From the human T2T-CHM13v2.0 reference genome, Homo sapiens, in NCBI RefSeq assembly GCF_009914755.1, contig NC_060942.1: a stretch of 64,000 nucleotides of DNA, one strand, 5' to 3'. Of the stretch, positions 17,791 through 30,324 are shown one piece after another. Position 1 is the stretch's first letter; each line of letters begins with the position of its first letter. The notes under the pieces are model-generated. The model was given only the letters and a program-made list of their open reading frames with translations, made no database searches and was not told where the DNA came from. A program made the translations under genes and the position numbers.

Positions 17791-18150
17791 CAAGGTCGGC
17801 GCTGCCTCAGGGCAGAGCCCCACTGGAAGGGATGCTGCTCCCAAGAGCTCTGCCCTCCCTGCTGTCTCGAATGCCAGCTCGCAGGGAAAGCCGCTTCTGG
17901 TTGGCACTGCAGGCAGGACCACCTGGCACAGTGGGTCCTCTGGGTCTGAGGCCACCCCATCTGCCCTCCTGTCACCCCCTGCCTCAGCTGCTCGGCCCTC
18001 CTCCGCCACACCAGGCTCCCTGAAGGTGTCACCGACCATAGACAAGCTGCCCTACGTGCCCCACAGCCCCTTCCACCTCTTCTCCTATGACTTTGAGGAC
18101 TCCTCCCTGTCCACCAAGGAGAAGGAAGCAGAGTCCCAGAAGGAAAACAG
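17791..18150 (+). CDS. FHOD3: FHOD3 exon 12 (360 nt; cardiac-specific, S/P/A-rich) KVGAASGQSPTGR...HLFSYDFEDSSLSTKEKEAESQKEN
   Basis: Long pyrimidine tract then ccaacAG|CAAG; donor ACAG|GTAGAT; matches C-terminal part of ORF 17705..18154. With exon start = c.1287, codons 527/528 fall on TCC TAT (18083-18088), matching the known HCM residues Ser527/Tyr528. Confidence 0.96.
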
Positions 18151-18562
18151 GTAGATTTGCTCACGTGGAGGCTTGTTTGAGATTAACTCGGGGAGGAGAA
18201 CACAGTGTGTTAACTGCACCCCTTGGCTTGGCTTCTGCCATGTTTTTTTGTGGATTTCAGCCCAAGCAGGGAGCAGTTGTGGCATAAACTTAAGTTGCTG
18301 ACCCCTGACTAAATAATGACCAGTGTTTACATAAGATGCAGAGAAAATTGTCATCTGTTTGAATTAAGGGGATCATTTGTTAAAATATGATTACTAGTAA
18401 TGGGTTTTTAAATGTAAGGTTTACATGTGTATAATGTGTCCAAATTTATACATCTTGTACCAAGCCAGGTGGCATGAAGTCTTTTTGATGCTGAAGAATG
18501 TATCAAAGTCCTTTGCTATCTTTCCGTGCCACATTGTGAGCGGGCTTTTCTTCCTTTGACAG

Positions 18563-18637
18563 TTCCTCTGATTCTTTCTCTTTGAGCACATATTCTGCCT
18601 CTGAGCCTTACCACTTCCGATCTTTCTCTTCTAATAG
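18563..18637 (+). CDS. FHOD3: FHOD3 exon 13 (75 nt; cardiac-specific) (S)SSDSFSLSTYSASEPYHFRSFSSN(R)
   Basis: ttcctttgacAG|TTCC acceptor, TAG|GTGGGT donor, no stop, phase 2/2. Not in the ORF track. Peptide recalled from the long FHOD3 isoform; exons 11+12+13 = 525 nt = 175 aa. Confidence 0.9.
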
Positions 18638-19019
18638 GTGGGTGTCTTTATTTTCTTTCCCTTTTCTGTAGCTTTCTGTTTTATATTCTAATGTATGCAT
18701 TTTTCTTTTCAAAGAATGCTAATATCTTCCTACAACGTGACACACAATTACAGTTTGAACCACTTCATAGGTATTAATTACGTATTTCACTATGAACACT
18801 TAAATCTTATAAAAAATGGAGATGAGGGCAGAGGGAGGTGTGCAAATCAGAACTCCCCCAAGAATGTTCAACAGGTGTCCACCTGTATTAATGCCTTTCA
18901 CTGTTGCCTGCGTTATGAGCTCTCTGCTGGAGTGGGGAACTGGGAATAGAGTTGGCATATTTTGAACAATCAGTCGTCCAAAAATCAATAGTTGATCATT
19001 CTAATGACCATTTCATCTT

Positions 19020-19255
19020 AGATTAATTATAATAGCTGACATTTATTGAGCATTGTTTTTGAGCCACATCCTGTATTTTCCATGAAATTAGTACTTTATT
19101 ACTTTACCCTTGAGAGGTAGGTTCTATTACAAGCATTTACTACACTGAGGAAACTGAGGCACAGAAAGGCTAAGTACCTTGACCAGAGTCACTCAGCTAG
19201 TATGTTGCGAGGCGGTTTCAACCCCAGGCAGCCTGTTCCAGAGTCGCTTCCTAAC
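19020..19255 (-). mobile_element. MIR
   Basis: aatagctgacatttattgagc...actgaggaaactgaggcacagaaaggctaagtaccttgacc MIR core. Confidence 0.75.
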
Positions 19256-20964
19256 CCGTACGTGGTGCTGCTGTCTGTCATTTAGGCAGTCAGTCACTTT
19301 CTCTCCTTACTGCACTCACCACACCCTGCCAAGGCAAGTCCTTGTCAGCAAGATGTTTTGCCAGAGCCTGTGTTTCGGGGACCCCAGTCTGGGTGCCCTA
19401 CTCAACAGGAAGCTGCACCATGTTTTAAATGAAGGCTTATAGGACCTGAACCTTGAAGGAAGCTCCTTCATACCATGAAAATGACCAGTCTTTATGGGTA
19501 TCAGACCTTTCACCTAATAAATAGGAGGGCTAATCTAGATCTATGATCGTTAACAATTTTTGCTTACTATATCTGAAGGAATTTTGAAGTTTCCCTCCAA
19601 GTTTTGAGAAGCCTGTCTACAGTTTTTTTTACTATAAGTTTAAATTGTTGATATAATTTGTCTATTGTATATATGCTTTATATTTTTTTCAAAACCTTGG
19701 GGCTTTAGATTTAACTGATTTAATTCTGGAAAACACCTATGTATACCTACTTGGCAAAGCCAGTCCTTAGTCAAATGAGACTTAACTTCTGTCAGAAGAA
19801 GCCTGATTTCATGTTTCAGTTCAAATAAGCGAGCTCATACGCATCCCTGACAACAGTCTCATTTTTGGGGCTGATTCTCAGGTGGGCACGTAGACAGAGA
19901 TGAGGCATGAGACCTTGCTTCTAGTTTTTCCCTGGATAAATAAAGCTCCGTCTTCTCCCTCCAGCATACTTCTTAAGGAATTCCCTCAGGAGTGATATTT
20001 TCCTTTGCTTGGTACCATGGAGATCTTATAGCACAAAGCAGTGCCCCACACTGATTCCACCTGCTCAAGAGTTTTTTTTCTTTCTAAAAATGGAAGGTGA
20101 TTTTGGAAGGAGAAGCTGGAAAGGACTGGGAGACCCTAGGAGCAGCATGGGAAGATCCATTTTTAAAAAGAGCAGATATGGAACTTCAGGATCTGAAAAT
20201 TAATTTCCTCTGATTTCCAGAATGGCTTTGTATACCTCCAGGAGTTGTGAACTGAGCTTCTTTTTTTTTCCTTCTTTTTTTTTTTTTTTTGTACCCCAAT
20301 CATACTATCCCAGTGAACCAAATTTGAATTCCTTGAAACTACAAGTTCTCTGCAGGTCTCTTCCAGGTCTACAGTTCCAGGATTGTTGTTATCTTTCACA
20401 CAGTTTTTGCGGAATGAATCCAACATGACTCTTACACCTTCCAAGAACAATATCTATGTGCAAGTTAGGAGCTGAACATTTGACTGGAACAAAAATATGT
20501 TGGTGATCTCATCTTTCCCAGAGAGTGTGTTAGCCCACGGTGGTGATGCTGGTCTTTCTGGTGATGGTCTCGGCCCTAGTTGGGGCTTTCCTGGGCCCCA
20601 GACCCTTCCCGTTTGGTCTGCAAGCTTCACCGCTATTTATAGTCGTGGGGGTGGGAGCAATAGAAACACATAAGCTGTCCAGTTGAAGATACACGTAAGT
20701 TGTGGGGGAAAAAAAAAGCTGCTTGCTTGTGAATGAAGGTTGACTTTGATTTAACTGAGCAAAGTTTGTAAACTTTTAAAATCACTTCTCCAGCAGGAAC
20801 TTGGATACTGTACAAGTATTGTTCCTATTGATTTTTCTGATGTTCACTTTTTGTGGTTTTCATGGGTCTGTGTGACCACAGATGGACTACTCAGTGGTTG
20901 ACTGCGATTGAATGGGTTATAATAAAGACCGACCAGTTAGTCATTAAAAAGAACCCTCACCCTC

Positions 20965-20986
20965 CACACACACACACACACACACA
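20965..20986. repeat. (CA)n microsatellite, ~11 units
   Basis: Read directly. Confidence 0.9.
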
Positions 20987-23287
20987 AAAATGCTGAATAG
21001 TGAGTTGTATGATCTAGTTAGTTTGGCTGAAATTGAGAAGCAAAATTAGACTATGAGGCATTTGAATTAATTGCTTAGACATTAGGAAAACCAAAGGAGG
21101 GAAAAACACATTCTGCTTGTTTTATTTCCATAGCGTCATTTAAACACAATTTTAGCAAAGTGATCCTGTTAAAACATTCTGCAGGATGTCCACTTGTGGT
21201 GGGAAGGGAATTGTTTTAGCTGCTGGAGTAGGATGACAAGCTGAGCATCCAGGCAGCTGCTGACACAGGCATGGAGCCTGTGTGGATCAGGCTGCATCAG
21301 GGTCTCGTCACGGAGAGTGCTAGGTGTCGTGCGGGGCAGCCTCCTTCCCCTCCCTCATTGCAGTGCTTGCTGCCTGGTTTCTTTCCCTCTTTGCTCATTG
21401 GCTTTCTCTCCCTTCTCTATTTCTGCCTTTGTAGGTTCCTTTCATCCTTTGCTTTTGTGCTTCCTATGTGGCCTGTGGTTTGGGAACCCTGTTGAAAAAT
21501 TAAACCAACACTCACTTGGAGAAGCAATTAACCTGTTTGACATGTAGAGTGTTGGGTTTTTAAAGAGAAAATGAGTACTCAGAAACCAAGTCCCACAAAG
21601 ATGATGTGTTCACAGAGGATAATGGAATAGAGTGGTATGCTCTGAGCCTCTCTCTGTCTGGCACTGAGAATATGCCAGCCATGTGACACTAAATAAATAA
21701 GGACAGCAACAGCCAAACTGACCAGAATTAGCAGCACAGGATAGATGCGGGTCGTATCAATATTTTATTTTCCATTATAATAATGAAATTTCTTATTGAA
21801 AACTGAAATTTCATCTCTCTATTCTTTTTTAAAAAATAGCCCATTTTTATAGTTTTTCCTACACTTAGTTTTTGACTTTTGAGTATATTTTTGCACAGTT
21901 GTGATCAAACTGTGTATATTATATCCTGATGTTTTCATTTAGCCTATATTATCATTTTTCGTGTTGTCACTTATAAAATTGGTAATCATTTTTAAGGGTT
22001 GCATAATAGTCCATTGACAAATAATATATCATACTTTCGTAGCCATTTCCACATTTCTACCTGGTTAAGTAGTTTTTAGTTTTCTACCATGATCTAAATA
22101 ATGTTCCACTATTTGCAGGAGCTTTCTGGAAAGAAAAAGAAAAAAGATAAATAATGCTCCAATAAGTATCTTCCTGTATGACATTTTCAGTATATAAATA
22201 ACTATAAGGTTATTTCCTTATGTTATCTTCCCAAAAGTTGACTTACTCTGTCGAAGGATACACTCATTTTGAAATCAGTTTGCTTTCCAGAAGGGATTCC
22301 AATTTCTGTTGATGGGCGTTTGGACTGGATTCTCCATGTGCAAGAAGCTCTTTGTGTCCTTATAGTGACTGTTGGGGTCCCACACATTCTAATACAGTGT
22401 CCCTAACCAGTTCGGTGGACGGGGTGGGTCCTGCTCTGTGGCTGGGTAGATTTGCGAGGCAAAGCTCTCTGAGCCTCATTATTTGTAAGTAATCCTGAGT
22501 GTCTGAGCCCATGCAAGGGCATCAAATAATGATTTGTTTTCTGGGAGTGCTCTGAGTGATGATACCTAAATATGGTCTGCTAAAGGACGTCTAGTCTGAA
22601 AAACAGAAATCTAGAATTTTACAGATCTTGAAATTTAACTTGTCAGACATGTCTGGAAAATCATCAAATCTCATGTAAACCTCATGGCTGTAATTTTGGT
22701 TCAGGGGAAATGTTGGATGAAAACATGAATACATGCACCTCTAAGGAGCAGGCCAGTCCAGAAAGCCTGGGGACAGTTTCTCCTCAATCACTGAACATGT
22801 GATGGGATTACATTTAATCAGTGAAATTGATATGGAAATACTAAAGTGGAATTTTAAATAAGATGTTTCTTTAGCCAACCATATGGTATTTCTTACAGAC
22901 CTGTGATGGAATTAACACTAATTGTGCCACCATGTGAGGCAAGAAAAATCTTCATGGTTCAAGTGAAATTGATTTGGATTTTTAATTTATGTTAGCAAAT
23001 AATTTTAACGTACATTTTAAAAAACAGGAAATGTTAGGGTTTTATTTAAACCCTTTGTCATAAATCTTGCTGCCTAATGGTTTTAGACTTTGGGAAACTC
23101 CTCTTATGAGAAATTATCAGAAAAAAACAGGGAACAAACCTCTTTAGGTAGAATTACCACTAACAGTGGTAGCATTTCCAGACCTGTTTCTCTTGCAAAA
23201 ATTAAAATGGTTTGCTAAGTCTTATTTACTGACTTGTACTTATTTCTCTATCCTTTTCCCCCCAACTTAAACCTCTGCACTTCTTAG

Positions 23288-23401
23288 ATACAGCAATTTT
23301 GGCAATAACTCTTATCACTCCTCAAGACCCTCATCTGGATCCAGTGTGCCCACCACCCCCACATCATCCGTCTCACCCCCACAGGAGGCCAGGTTGGAAA
23401 G
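23288..23401 (+). CDS. FHOD3: FHOD3 exon 14 (114 nt) (R)YSNFGNNSYHSSRPSSGSSVPTTPTSSVSPPQEARLE(R)
   Basis: cacttcttAG|ATAC acceptor; AAG|GTGAGT consensus donor; open frame continuous with neighbouring exons. Confidence 0.95.
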
Positions 23402-25200
23402 GTGAGTTCGACAAGCACGCTGATAGCTTCACAGTCCTCAAGTGAGGGGAATCAATTTGGTTAAGTGTGGTTAAAGGAAAAATATAAATAAAAGACATAA
23501 CATGAAGTATTTTCCTTTACAGAACATTGTCCGAAGCCAGGAATATTTTCTCTTTCTTTCACACTATTTACTAAGCAAATATTTTATTAGAGGTGATATT
23601 TTAATATTAGCGTCTCATCCCCCTACACACTTTCCATAGAAAGTATAAAAATGTCTTCTAAAATATTTGTGTGAATGTTTTGATTCATTCCTTAAAAACT
23701 GTTCTAGATTTTACGTAAGCTCTGCAATTTGTTATATACACATCAGTTTTCACCATTGAATGATTAAATCTGTGTAAATCAGAAAGTAGTGGGCCCATTA
23801 AGGTGCTGTATAATTAATCCAGGACCTACCAGAAGAGAAAAGAATTGTATGGGTACATGGAAGGAATTTAACTTGGCAAGAGTATTAGACCACCAGAAAT
23901 TAACTGATTATGACTCCCAGAAGCAAATGATTGCCCAAGGATGTGTTTACAAGGGAAAGGTAAGACCTGTAATTTTAGAACAGTTAGAAAGTTACCCTCA
24001 CATGGCAAGAGTGCTGAGTTAGAGAAGACTGGTTAGGATTCCAGCTCACTCACTTGGAAGTTATTTAACCCTGAGGGTAAATGCCAATTACACCAACCCA
24101 TACCTTAGAGGGTGATTTTGATGAGCAAACAAAAGTCCACTCGGGAGTGCTGTGTGAAGCCCACCATGTGTATCTGGTGGAAGCTGTTAGTGTAGGAGAT
24201 GATAGCATGTAACTTCCAGCAGCTCCTCATTCATCAGGAATCTAGACATGAGCGACATCAGAGATCACTTACCTCAAATCCCAAATTTAAAGCAACCTGC
24301 GTTCCACATTTAGATCCTCTTCTATGTGTATTCTGAAGTATGTTTTGCCGAGTGCTGCTGGTGATTGGAGGTTTGGTTGGGTTGAGAGCAGGCAAGACCT
24401 TAAGCCCTGGGAGGAAGGGAGGTCCAGTGGGGTTTGCCTAGTCACATGTCACTGTTAACTTCTAAGATGGCATGTAGATCCTACGGTGTCAAGCTCTCAG
24501 ATTCCACAGTCCAGTGTGGTCCTGGGCTGAGCACACTTGGGCTAAGTTAGGTCTTGATAATAAGGTAACCATTTGATTACCCCGAAGACACCATTACCTG
24601 TCTGTAGTTCTGTCCTTTACCCTAGGGCACCTCCTGTTGGGATTAGCTGAAGTTACCTGTAGTCCTGAAAAGGTCACCATACAGATGACCCTTGTCAAAT
24701 GGGATGTAAGATTTGGGGCCAAAGTGAGTAATATTGGAGTCAGACTGATACGACGTTGCACATCTTGCACCTGCCAAGCTGCCAGCTCCTCAGGGACTAG
24801 AACCAGGCTCTGTTCATTGGTGTGTTCCCTACAGTGCCTGGGGCCTGGCAATAGTAGAGCCACAGTAAACACTGATGGAAGGATGGGGTGACTTAGCTGC
24901 TCACTGCTTGGGAACACTTTGGAGGTCTGTGAAGTTATAAAGTTATACAGACAGGGGTCCATGTGGCCCACAAGATTACCAAAGCCCTGGGCTTGGATGT
25001 TCTTCCCAGGTTCTGAAAGGGAAGCCCCAACCTCTGCCCGCTTTTCTGCCACTGGAATCCCAGGTCCAGGTTTGGGCTAGAAGATCCAGGATCCTGAAGG
25101 ACTCCTGTCTGTGTCTCCTTCTCTGCCTGGACTGGCTGAAGTGCCCCTGGGGATAAGGAGGGTGGGCAGTTAAACCAGGAATGGTAGAATTGGATCCCAG

Positions 25201-25617
<417 letters not shown>

Positions 25618-27909
25618 CTAATTTGTTAGTAGCATAGAACAAGCCACTGGGGTGAGGCTGCAGGAACAAGGGCTGCCGCGAGGCAGTGTCAGAGTCCAAG
25701 AGAGATGACCGTGCCCAACATGGCACTGGCTGTGGGACTTGCCAGGAGCAGCAGGTTTGGCAGAGTTGGCTGCCGCCTGGAGGGTAAGAGGAGACGCAAA
25801 ATGAGTAGAGGTTCAGGCTTGCACGAGTGTATGGATGTTAGAAACAAGGAACTGGGACGATACTGGAAGAAAAGCAAATTGGGTGGAGACTTCCAGCATG
25901 GGGCATGGGTGGTCCAAGGAGCCTGTCTGACATCCAGGGAGATGTTCCAGAGGCCCTGGGGAGGTGTGGACTCAGCAGTCCTTGGCTTGAAGAAGGCTCT
26001 GGAGTTAAATCCCTCAGAGAGCCTGGCATTGGGATGGGGTCACTGGGGAACAGCAGTGGTGGGATGACTCTCCTAAGTTCCTTTCCTTCTTACAGTACGC
26101 TGTTGCTGTAGGAACTTGGTTTTCTTTACCATCACTCTATCCACGAGCGAGTACGGTAGCTTCTAAGAGTCTATCACCTCCTTTACATTTGCTTGTCTTT
26201 TTCACTGTCACCTTGTGTGGCTCTGAAAAAACATATGATGAATCATTTGACATATCAGATGTGCAGTTTTATTAAGACCAGGAAGCCACTGGACCTGGCT
26301 GTATTACCACTTTACTTATGTTTTGTAAGTGGGGGAAAAAAAAAAAGAAATAAGAGGATCTTCTAACTCCAAATCATACTTGTGCACCATCGCCCAAGAA
26401 TATTACATCAGTTGCACTTATGATAATAGACATTTTTATATAGTTTGAATTTTTTCTTTGTCATATTTGACAACTGAATTCTTTGGATATCACCCATAAT
26501 CTAATTTCACCTATGCAAGTATTTTTTGCCCATTAAGATGTGTGATTATTTTTACTGAGGTATATATACTTTAGTAGAATTTGTAAGATTTATGGTTGGT
26601 ATGTTTTATATATACATATATTATTAAAACCAAAAAGGAACTATATTATCAATAATGGTTACATTTCTGCAATGAGGATGCGCGTCTTCTGTGATCATAC
26701 CCCTGACTAATAAACATTGTGCCTGAGCCCTGTACAATACTAGGAAGTTCTAGAACTTCATTCCCTTGATTTGGAAACAAGACTACTTCACTGAAGTCCT
26801 GGGATAATCAGGCCAACTAAAACACCCTTCAGGCACCTCGGCCCACTTTGGAAATGCAAGTGGACATTGTCATGAGCTTGGAGTTTTCCATTTCTTCCCC
26901 AACAAGTATATTCATGTGTTAGATGTTGATAAAACTTGGAATGATAAATTGACATAGGAAGGAAGTGCTGAAGAAACAATATGGAAAATTAAGTCAAGGA
27001 TATTAAAATGAATCCATCTCCATATCTCCTATTATAGCTTTGTTAATAGGGCTCTCTTTTAGAAATAGAGTAATATTTTCATGAAGTTTGGAACTTAAGA
27101 GAAAACAAAACAAAACGAGAAAACCAGAACTATCTGCAAAGGCCCTCAGGAATACAAGATGCAACTGTTTAATGAAAGCAGACTTTTAAAACACTTCACT
27201 TTTTGAAAATGTACTTTTTGAGCAGATAATTTCTAAATGTTTTCTTTGTGAAAGAAAATAAAACTACAGGAATATTTGAACTATTTGTGTTCAAGTATTC
27301 AAATGAAACAAACAAGCAAACAACCACACCTCAAGCGCATATGTGGTTGTGAGGCTTTGGGAAAGGCCGGGCCCATCCTCTTCCCTTCCCTGTAGTGACA
27401 TCTCCATCTTGTGGACTTTCTCATCAATGGCGGCTGGAGGCTTGCCTTGTCAATGTGAGGAAACAGTACGCCCAAGCCCTGGGACTGAAGGTACCCTAAG
27501 ACAGTCCTTGTTCTGGGACTAGAGAGGCCACCTAGAGTAAGCCTATCCTGCACTGTGAGTGCTCAGTGGGAAGAGGTTGTAGGAACCTCAGGCCCATACT
27601 TAGGACGCCAGAGAGGATTTCTCTGTGGACATGCTGTGCTGAAACCCAAAGGATCATATGCACTTTAACCATGCATTCTGTTCTCTTTTCCACTTGTAAT
27701 AATGCCATTGTTTACTATAAATGACACTGACATGGCTGTTTTTCAGATTAATGTCAAGAGCCCTTAGAAGATCTTGGGAATTGTCTTTCTCATAGTTGTC
27801 CCAGCAGAGTTCTTCCTACTTCCTGTAAGATTATAAACCCAGATATAAGTAACAACATCTTGTTAGGGAGTAATAATGGATAATAAGGGATGGATAAAGG
27901 ACATAACCT

Positions 27910-28150
27910 TTTGTGTGTGTGTAGTAAGAATACTTAACATGAGATCTACCCTCTTAACAATGTTTAAGTGGTCAATATGTTATTATTAACTATAGGCACT
28001 ATGTTATGTAGGAGAGCTCTGGAACTTCTATAATTGTAGCTTTATACTCATCAGATAATAACTCCTTATATCCCTCTTTCCTCAATCCCCTGGTAACCAT
28101 CATTCTATTGTCTACTTCTATATCTTTGACCATTTTAGATGCCTCATATG
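27910..28150 (-). mobile_element. L1MA/MB 3'UTR fragment
   Basis: gtaagaatacttaacatgagatctaccctcttaacaa...cccctggtaaccatcattcta matches antisense L1M 3'UTR. Confidence 0.7.
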
Positions 28151-29976
28151 AGGGTCATTGAGTTGTTTTTTCTCATTGTATTATTGAAGTTCTTTATAAA
28201 CTGTGATAAGAGTAGCAATCACTTTTCTCATTGTTCTTTTTTACTTCATTTATTGTGTGTTTACCATGTAGAAACATTCAATTTCATGAGTAAATCTTTT
28301 CTATTTTCATGATTTTGTGTTCCTACTGAAGAAAGCCTTTTTTCTCCTGGTTTCTTCTAGTACTTCTGTAGCTACATTTTGTCACATTTAAATGTTTTAT
28401 CTATCTGGAAATTATTTTGGCAAATAGTATGAGGCAGAGGTCCAACTTCAGCTTTTTCATACATTCAACAACATGTATTGAATAACCCTTTGTTTCCCTA
28501 CCGTGTGTCAGATACTAACAGGAAGGGAGGTTTGTTTATGCATCGGTGTGTTCAAACTGTTCTTAGGAGCATCTCCCCTCTTCCTGCTGTCAGCCTTCCC
28601 TGATCAGCCACGCTGACCTCTCAGGAGCTCTCCTTCCTCCCAGTTTTTGGCTTTACCACTTTCTTCATGGTCACTGGAATACAACTGTGTCATGTGCTGC
28701 CATGGAACAGTCCTATTATTGCATCATCTGCTTTTAGGAGGTTGTGTACAGTGACTGACAGTGCTATAGTAAAGAACAGTCATATTTTAGGAAGCTGGGA
28801 AAGTGGAAGCCTTCTGTGCTTCTGTGGTGGCTTCTCCCAGCTTAAGCTCTCTCTTATGGGAATCTCACTTGCTGTGATCCCCTTGAACACCTATCTCCAC
28901 CATGTTTATGGAGACTTCTCCCTCAGAATTCAGGTTTCTGTTTCCATGCATTTCCTGCCTGTTGGCAGTTACTGTAGTTCTTCCAGTGATGGCCTGCCAG
29001 GCTTGCCTTTTGACTACCACCCTGTGTGTAACTTGTGGGTACCTGTGCCTTCTTCATCTTTGTTGCCAATTCCAAGTGGACTGTCTATTCCCTATGAATC
29101 CACATGCTTGTGTCTTCCCATTCTTGTCTGCTTTGGCTTTTATCATTTCCTGCCCTGACCTCACTAGTCATCTACATGTGCCTTGAAGTTCTACTTGGGT
29201 TTTTGAATGACTGTGTTTTGTTGATATGTGATCTGGGTGTTTTGCTGGATCCCAGATGCTTGCTGGCTGTGTTCTATCACTTGGTCAACCCAATACTTAA
29301 AAAAAAATTGTCAGTGGAATTGAGAGCCACATTGTGCAATGGGGTTCTAGTTTTTAAAAAAATTAAATTGGTTGATTAAAGTACATTTTTAAAAAACAAA
29401 CTTCTCTGAGAAAATCCCAAATATAATGTAAAATAATGGGATAAAGGACATTGTTTTTCTATGTGACACAGTTAATGGCACCCAGTCCACAAATGCCAGT
29501 AGGAAACAAGCAGTACAAATGTGGTCTGATTCCCCACCATTCAAAGATGCTGTGTTCTCCTTGGACTGCGCAGAAGCAGTCTTCCCACTTGCCTGCCACT
29601 AGTTCCTGACAGCAGTCTTGTTACAAACAATAAGAGTCCCTGTAAGGCTAAATGTGGTCCTTATTAATTGATTGCGTTACATCCAAAGCACGCAAGAGAA
29701 GCACTGGTTCTGTTGATGCAGTAAGTTCAGAGTGGGGTCTGGCTCGCTAATGGTAGGTTCACAAAGTGACTGTGGGCCCTAGGGAACCTGGGCTGTGCTG
29801 TGCTGTGGGACTGTGGGTCCTCAGCAGGTACTGGAGATTCTTTCTCCCACACATGTTTTAGATCTGACTTGACTTTTTCCCACCATTCCTACTCCCATCT
29901 TTGCCATGGTTTCCAGTTGTCACTTGCTACATTAGTTTTGTACCATTATTGTACAAAGATCACAGAGCAAAAAGGG

Positions 29977-29987
29977 GTGTGTGTGTA

Positions 29988-30036
<49 letters not shown>
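29977..30036. repeat. Compound (GT)n-(GA)23 microsatellite
   Basis: Read directly; source of the spurious RERERE ORFs. Confidence 0.95.
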
Positions 30037-30039
<3 letters not shown>

Positions 30040-30075
30040 AGATTGAGATTTCTCCTTCAGAAAAATGTATTACTG

Positions 30076-30324
30076 GGCTGGGCGCAGTAGCTCATGCCTG
30101 AAATCCCAGCACTTTGGGAGGCTGAGGTGGAAGGATTGCTTGAGACCAGCCCAGGCAACAAAGAGACCCCAGGTGTGGTGGCTTATGCCCATGGTTGCAG
30201 CTACTCAGGAGGCAGAGGCAGGAGGATCACTTGAGCCTAGGAGTTGGCAGCTGCTGTGAGCTAAGGTCATGCCACTGCATTCCAGCCTGGGTGACAGAGT
30301 GAGACCCTGTCTCAAAAAAGAAAA
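30076..30324 (+). mobile_element. AluJ-like, internally deleted
   Basis: aggattgcttga / aggatcacttgagcctaggag J-type motifs; TSD aaaatgtat. Confidence 0.85.

Noticed and set aside
17425-18164. Long overlapping ORFs (206 aa and 146 aa antisense; 147 aa alternative frame) over exon 12
   Set aside because: Expected shadow ORFs of a GC-rich coding exon; no promoter, splice or homology support.
21380-21440. Strong-looking acceptor (pyrimidine tract + TAG|GTTCCT) in intron 13
   Set aside because: No good downstream donor and a poor regenerated donor, so neither a cryptic exon nor a recursive site is supportable.
28667-29379. 163-aa and neighbouring ORFs in pyrimidine-rich sequence
   Set aside because: No recognisable domain or convincing splice sites; compatible with chance.
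29800-30101. ORFs with RERERE tracts resembling the FHOD3 E/R helix
   Set aside because: Translation of a (GA)n microsatellite.
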